Source of the DNA: a virus
Taxonomy: Duplodnaviria; Caudoviricetes
Length of the DNA stretch: 64,000 nucleotides
IMG/VR virus record: IMGVR_UViG_3300032281_000616
Location: 32,001-96,000 of that record
Reading direction: 5' to 3' (one strand)
The notes under the pieces are model-generated. The model was not told where the DNA came from, did no database searches, and worked only from the letters and a program-made list of their open reading frames with translations. Position numbers and translations under genes: made by a program. Shown piece after piece: positions 59,210 to 64,000 of the stretch (its first letter is position 1; each line of letters starts with the position of its first letter).

Positions 59210-59856
59210 TTATGAAAGACTACGACAAGACAACTCTGGGTGAATTATACGAAGATATAAGTCGTGGTAATTTCGATTGGGATTATTTATTCGAATCTGG
59301 AATGGGATCAGATTCAGTTTTGTTATGGGAAAGTTTGAAAAAAATATCCTCTGGTGAATCCGCGAATGGGACCGAGGATGTGTATGAGGTTGTATTGAAC
59401 AATGGTCAATCGTTTTATGTTTTTTTCAGTTTCTTAAATCCTAAGAAAACAAACGATACCATAATCAACAATACTTTAGCAAATAATAAAAATGATTCAC
59501 CCACCGAAGCGTTTCGCTTATATAATAAACATTTTTCAGATCTAAAACCTACCGACAGAATGTGTTATATATCTTTCAAAGATGAAAGAGGTCGTCAACA
59601 TACCACAGGAGAAGTTGGTTTAGCTGCAAAGGGGTTATTTTCTGGATTGAAGGGTGCTATGTTGGATAGCCTTTGGGGTGATTCCCAGAATCATATAAAT
59701 CTAAAGGCTATTTGTATAAAGGCAAATGGGAAAGATCCTTCAAGAGTAAGTCTTTTTAAAAAATTAATGGAGAAATATTTAGCGGATACTTACCCACATA
59801 TTATTATGGATTATAATTCTGATTCTCCGTTTGTATCCATCATGGCAACTAAATAA
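59206..59856 (+). CDS. Hypothetical protein, possible internal head protein
   Basis: Leader ends LYE; TGEVG..A..LF and SRVSLF motifs. Confidence 0.5.
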   Translation: MIMKDYDKTTLGELYEDISRGNFDWDYLFESGMGSDSVLLWESLKKISSGESANGTEDVYEVVLNNGQSFYVFFSFLNPKKTNDTIINNTLANNKNDSPTEAFRLYNKHFSDLKPTDRMCYISFKDERGRQHTTGEVGLAAKGLFSGLKGAMLDSLWGDSQNHINLKAICIKANGKDPSRVSLFKKLMEKYLADTYPHIIMDYNSDSPFVSIMATK

Positions 59857-59860
59857 TTGA

Positions 59861-60406
59861 ATGGCGAAGCGTTCTACCAAAGACAGATATGAAAGAATTT
59901 GGCAGGACTCTAAAGGAAATCTTCGTGATGCTTGGGGTCGATTCTTAAAAAGTTGGCAAGAGATCGATGGTTACAAAGAAGAAGAGAATTATCAATCTCA
60001 AATTAAACAATCTGATAGACAAATTCAAAGAGGTGAGTTAAAAAATATACTCACTAATAATGTCTGTGAGATTGTTTTTGTGCGTAGAAGACCCGAGAGA
60101 GCACCGGGAAGACCGGAGGTTAGGAGAATGCTATGCACATTATGTAGAAACATCCAAGTATCTGAAAGAGGAAAACGATCTCTTTCTTTTGAAGAACCAA
60201 AGACAAGCAGGAGGTTGGACGAAGTAAAACACAACATCGTAGTGGTTTGGGATATAATACAATGCAAATATCGCAATGTGAGTATGGACACATGCTATCT
60301 AAGACAGACAATACCCGGAGATGAAACTTTTTGGAAATATTATGATAAGGTATTTGCGCCAATGTCCTTTGGGCAAAAATCACAATGGATAGACTCTATC
60401 ACTTGA
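59861..60406 (+). CDS. WYL_2/DUF2693-like SH3-fold protein
   Basis: LTNNVCEIVFVR..RRMLCT..VVWD..YRNV; TAAATA 59850-59855. Confidence 0.6.
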   Translation: MAKRSTKDRYERIWQDSKGNLRDAWGRFLKSWQEIDGYKEEENYQSQIKQSDRQIQRGELKNILTNNVCEIVFVRRRPERAPGRPEVRRMLCTLCRNIQVSERGKRSLSFEEPKTSRRLDEVKHNIVVVWDIIQCKYRNVSMDTCYLRQTIPGDETFWKYYDKVFAPMSFGQKSQWIDSIT

Positions 60407-60435
60407 TTAATTTTTAAATTGTTGTAAGTAACATC

Positions 60436-60771
60436 ATGATTAAACTGGAGAATGATCTTAAAGATATCGTGTTAAAAAATGTAGATTTTCAAATAGACGG
60501 GAAATCGATTAAAAAAGGTAAGGTTAAGGTTTTTAATACAAAACAATTTTTCATACGATTTAAATTGGAGAATGAAGAAAAAACTATAGAGTATGATTTG
60601 CCTTATCCGTTTAGAGTTGTTAAAAATCCCAAAGGTTATTTGTTTGATTATTCATTGTCAGCATTTTGCCCAAGAACAGAAGAATTATACTGGAAGATGA
60701 AACTTATGAATAAATCAGAAGCTTCCAGACTGCACGACAATTATCTCCATGTAATCACTTTATCTGCTTGA
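60436..60771 (+). CDS. Hypothetical protein
   Basis: 111 aa ORF; TAAGTA variant upstream. Confidence 0.55.
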   Translation: MIKLENDLKDIVLKNVDFQIDGKSIKKGKVKVFNTKQFFIRFKLENEEKTIEYDLPYPFRVVKNPKGYLFDYSLSAFCPRTEELYWKMKLMNKSEASRLHDNYLHVITLSA

Positions 60772-60796
60772 CTTTTGGTATCTTTGTGAGTATAAT
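60768..60796 (+). promoter_or_regulatory. Near-consensus sigma70 promoter
   Basis: TTGACT-N17-TATAAT, 8 nt before ATG 60805. Confidence 0.8.
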
Positions 60797-60804
60797 TTCA
60801 GTAG

Positions 60805-62418
60805 ATGACCAACTTAATTTTAAATTTTCCAGAGGGATATTCTCCAAACAAATCCCAGACAACCATTCTAAAAAAGATAGAGAAGGCTTTTTCGGATGGT
60901 AAAAAATATGTTATTGTGAATGCTCCCACCGGATCGGGGAAAGGCCACCTTCCTCTAACTTTATCGAATTCTACCAATGAGCCATCGGAGAAATTTAAAG
61001 AAAATGTAGATAATTATTCTATATTTGGGGAGGATGGGTTGAGTGTTATGGGTGATGAAACCTTTGGTTGCTATGCATTAACAATCACTAAATCTCTTCA
61101 AGATCAATATAAAAATACTTTCTCAGAAACAGGAGTATTAAAAGGTCAAAGCAACTATCAGTGTAAAGTGGATGATGAAATGACAGTAGATGTTGCTCCT
61201 TGTATCTACGTTAAGGGAATGAAAAACGATTGTTGGAAAGCTAACAAATGTCCGTATTACAATCAGAGGAATAAGATGTTGAAGAGTAGATTTGCAGCAT
61301 TAAATTACAGTATGTTCTTCTCTTTACCAGAGCACTTGAAGAAGAGAGAAATTTTGGTTTGTGATGAGGGATCGGAGTTGGAGGAACAACTCGTCTCGCA
61401 ATTCACATGCGAAGTAGATATCCCTTTTCTTATGAAGACTAACACCTCTGTTTCTTCATTTCCAGTAGAAGAAAAGCCTGCTAAAGTTGTCAATTGGTTA
61501 TCTGAACTTCTTAGAAATGTTTCAACTAATGTGGAATCATATAAGGAATACTTTAAAGAAGGTAAGAATGATCCAATGGAATTCAATAAAAAGAAGGGTG
61601 AATATTCTAAATTATTGAATCTACAATCTAGTTTAGAAATTCTCATTGGGACTTATTACGATTCAGAATATCTAATTGAAAGAGTTGACAAAAAAATTAG
61701 ATTCATACCTTTAAAGGTTGATAAACTTTCTAGCTTTTTGTTTGACCACGCTGATCGTGTTGTTATTATGTCTGCTACAATCATTGATCCACATAATTTC
61801 TGTAAAAATTTAGGGATAACAGATTACGAATATATTGAGGTTGATTCTGCTTTTGATTCCGAGAAAGCACCAATTTATATCTTAGCTTCGCAGAAATTAA
61901 ATTTCAAAAATATGGATCAAATGCTTCCAAAAATCGCTAAACAGGTTTCGGAATTGTTGGAAGAGCATAAGGACGAAAAGGGAATTATTCATACCCACAC
62001 TCAGTTTATAACCGACTATATTAGAAACAACGTAAAGTCTTCTCGTTTGCTATGTAGAGAAGGTGGAGTGCGTAATGAGGAACTTCTGGACATTCATGAG
62101 CGAAGTAAGGAACCCACTGTCCTAGTGAGTCCTAGCATGACTTATGGGGTTGATTTGAAGGGTGATCTTGGAAAATTTCAAATTCTTTTGAAAGCACCTT
62201 GGCTACCTACCAAAGATATCCGAGTTGAAAAGTTAATGAAGATTGATAGAGATTGGTATTCCAATGCTATGTTGAAAACATTAATCCAAGCTTGTGGTCG
62301 TGGGGTTCGATCTTTGGATGATGAATGTGTGACGTATATTTTAGATGGAAGTATTTTTGACGCTGTTCATAGAAATAAGAAGAAGTTGCCGAAGTTTTTC
62401 ATAGATAGATTTCAGTAA
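60805..62418 (+). CDS. DinG/Rad3 (XPD)-like SF2 helicase
   Basis: Q motif, APTGSGK, Cys cluster, VCDEG, MSAT, EGVD-like YGVD, QACGRGVR. Confidence 0.88.
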   Translation: MTNLILNFPEGYSPNKSQTTILKKIEKAFSDGKKYVIVNAPTGSGKGHLPLTLSNSTNEPSEKFKENVDNYSIFGEDGLSVMGDETFGCYALTITKSLQDQYKNTFSETGVLKGQSNYQCKVDDEMTVDVAPCIYVKGMKNDCWKANKCPYYNQRNKMLKSRFAALNYSMFFSLPEHLKKREILVCDEGSELEEQLVSQFTCEVDIPFLMKTNTSVSSFPVEEKPAKVVNWLSELLRNVSTNVESYKEYFKEGKNDPMEFNKKKGEYSKLLNLQSSLEILIGTYYDSEYLIERVDKKIRFIPLKVDKLSSFLFDHADRVVIMSATIIDPHNFCKNLGITDYEYIEVDSAFDSEKAPIYILASQKLNFKNMDQMLPKIAKQVSELLEEHKDEKGIIHTHTQFITDYIRNNVKSSRLLCREGGVRNEELLDIHERSKEPTVLVSPSMTYGVDLKGDLGKFQILLKAPWLPTKDIRVEKLMKIDRDWYSNAMLKTLIQACGRGVRSLDDECVTYILDGSIFDAVHRNKKKLPKFFIDRFQ

Positions 62419-62431
62419 CTAAATATGATTA

Positions 62432-63499
62432 GTGCATAACTATTCTTATTTTCGAGAGGCTTATAACATGATGTCGCAATTTGTAGCGGCATTTGATGGA
62501 ATGTTTTTATATAGATATGATAAAAACGGTATTCCGAAAGAAAAAATAAATGTTAGATATATCAATGGTTCTAAACAAAGAGCCCTTTTCGATATAGTAA
62601 ATCCAGCTAAGAATATAACTTTACCTGCGATTTCGATCAATAGAAAGAATCTAAAGCGCGATCCAGACAGAGTTCAGCATAAGGATCAACATATGTATCG
62701 TCATCATGTTAATTCTAAAAATGTTGCAAAGATTCCTATGCCAATACCTGTATCTTGTGATATAGACGTTTCAGTAATAGCTCATTACAAAGAGGATATA
62801 GATCAAATCGTATCGAATATTATACCCTATTGTAATCCATATTTTATAATCTCTTGGAAAGTTCCAGAAGAATTTGGGATGGATTTTGATGATGAATTGA
62901 GATCAGAAGTATCTTGGTCTGGTTCTTTTGATTACGAAGAACCTATTGAAGTTGATAAAGCAGAAAAGCATAGGATTATTGCTAATACATCCTTTACTAT
63001 AAAGGGATGGATTTTCCCAGCATTGGAGACAACAGTTGCTCCGATTTATGTTGTTAATAATAGTTTTTATACTCTTGGAACTGGTTCAGACTTCACACTC
63101 AATGGGTTGTCTTCCTATCCAGTAGATGTCATATCTATCTCAGCTTATCCAGAAATCACAAACGAATTCATAAACGGTAAGTCTTATAGATCATCGATAA
63201 CGATAAATTCACTGAATGACAATATCATAACTTTATACGGTAAAAGGTTTAATTTCGATAACGAATGGTTTTTGAGTTCCAATAATGTTATTAGTGGGTT
63301 AGAATACAAAAAAATAACTACATTCAAACATCCGACAATATCTGCTTACAAATTACCGGATAGTTTAATTGAAGTGGTAAATGACAACATAGCTTCAATC
63401 TCTCTCACATCAGAATTTTTGAGTAGTGGATTATTTACATTAGTTACGTCTAATAGTGCTGGATGGATTTCTAATAATTACGAAATCGTTGTTATTTAA
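62432..63499 (+). CDS. gp15: Tail terminator/sheath stabiliser, T4 gp15-like
   Basis: SQFVAAFD, VRYINGSKQR, LPAIS, RDPDR, PIPV, QIVSNIIPY..PY; TAAATA 62420-62425. Confidence 0.75.
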   Translation: MHNYSYFREAYNMMSQFVAAFDGMFLYRYDKNGIPKEKINVRYINGSKQRALFDIVNPAKNITLPAISINRKNLKRDPDRVQHKDQHMYRHHVNSKNVAKIPMPIPVSCDIDVSVIAHYKEDIDQIVSNIIPYCNPYFIISWKVPEEFGMDFDDELRSEVSWSGSFDYEEPIEVDKAEKHRIIANTSFTIKGWIFPALETTVAPIYVVNNSFYTLGTGSDFTLNGLSSYPVDVISISAYPEITNEFINGKSYRSSITINSLNDNIITLYGKRFNFDNEWFLSSNNVISGLEYKKITTFKHPTISAYKLPDSLIEVVNDNIASISLTSEFLSSGLFTLVTSNSAGWISNNYEIVVI

Positions 63500-63521
63500 T
63501 TGATTGACATTAAATACTCAT

Positions 63522-64000
63522 ATGGCAGGTTTGATGAACAATCCAAATAATCGCACAAATATTTCTAGAGATGGAAAATCATCGACATATGATAGATCGA
63601 TGACTTCATATTTGAAGAATCGATTACCATATAATTATAATGTTTTAGATTCTGATGAGTCTAAAAATCCAAAATATAAGTATTTCCAACATGTCGGGAT
63701 GCGCCGTCCAGAGGCGATTGCGAAAAATTCTGTAACTCTAAGCAATGATTATAATAATACAGCTTTCTCTGCTATTGAGCAAGATAAGAGTTTCTCGAAT
63801 ATCATGTATGCTACGGCGTCTGAGGATAAACCGGGACGTATGCGCGATTATCGAACCATGGCTGCGTTCTCAGAAATTGCCGATGCTTTGGATGAAATTT
63901 GCGATGAGACGATAAATCCTGATGAAAACGATGACATTGTAAAATTAAAATTCAAAAATTCAGAAATTGAATCCGATAAAAAGGAAGAGATTATGAAAGA
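63522..64000 (+). CDS. gp20: Portal protein, T4 gp20-like (N-terminal part, runs off the window)
   Basis: Open frame from ATG 63522 translated by hand; YRTMAAFSEIADALDEICDETI matches gp20 YRxMA..PEVDxAIEDIVNEAI; TAAATA 63511-63516. Confidence 0.85.
   Translation, partial: MAGLMNNPNNRTNISRDGKSSTYDRSMTSYLKNRLPYNYNVLDSDESKNPKYKYFQHVGMRRPEAIAKNSVTLSNDYNNTAFSAIEQDKSFSNIMYATASEDKPGRMRDYRTMAAFSEIADALDEICDETINPDENDDIVKLKFKNSEIESDKKEEIMK

Noticed and set aside
1-64000. Stop-codon reassignment as in some large phages
   Set aside because: Core genes are full length in the standard code; TAA, TAG and TGA all occur as terminators.
1-64000. CRISPR array, tRNA or rRNA genes
   Set aside because: No spaced direct repeats or cloverleaf/rRNA signatures were noticed; non-coding space is minimal. 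A tRNAscan-SE/Infernal run would be needed to exclude them fully.

Overview
A 64-kb, AT-rich segment of a large T4-like (myovirus-type) bacteriophage genome, read in the standard genetic code. Positions 1-8.7 kb (+) hold late/virion genes: a baseplate-like fragment, tail fibres with Mtd_N-type N-termini, a lectin-like protein, a Thr/Pro mucin-like protein and a GT2. Positions 8.7-43.2 kb (mostly -) hold the T4-type replication/recombination core (primase, gp45, gp32, gp41, UvsX, gp43, gp46/47, gp55, UvsW, UvsY), interrupted by + strand late genes and homing endonucleases. Positions 43.2-64 kb (mostly +) hold putative internal head proteins, an aspartic protease, an ABC ATPase, PhoH, a glycosyltransferase island, gp62, GroES, a DinG-like helicase, gp15 and the start of portal gp20. 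Notable items: (1) the gp41 helicase is fractured into two genes by a naturally split intein, with a free-standing Vsr-like endonuclease between them; (2) about a dozen unannotated late proteins share T4-like capsid-targeting/prohead-protease leaders, including an ADP-ribosyltransferase-like protein and a protease; (3) both early (TTGAC-N16/17-TAnnnT) and late (TAAATA) promoter motifs sit 4-9 nt from start codons, implying near-leaderless mRNAs; (4) two endonuclease insertions left readable scars (a recoded duplicate 3' end and an inverted gene replacement); (5) nine glycosyltransferases occur together with a mucin-like virion protein. All family assignments come from motif recognition by eye, not database searches. 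No tRNA, rRNA or CRISPR array was seen.
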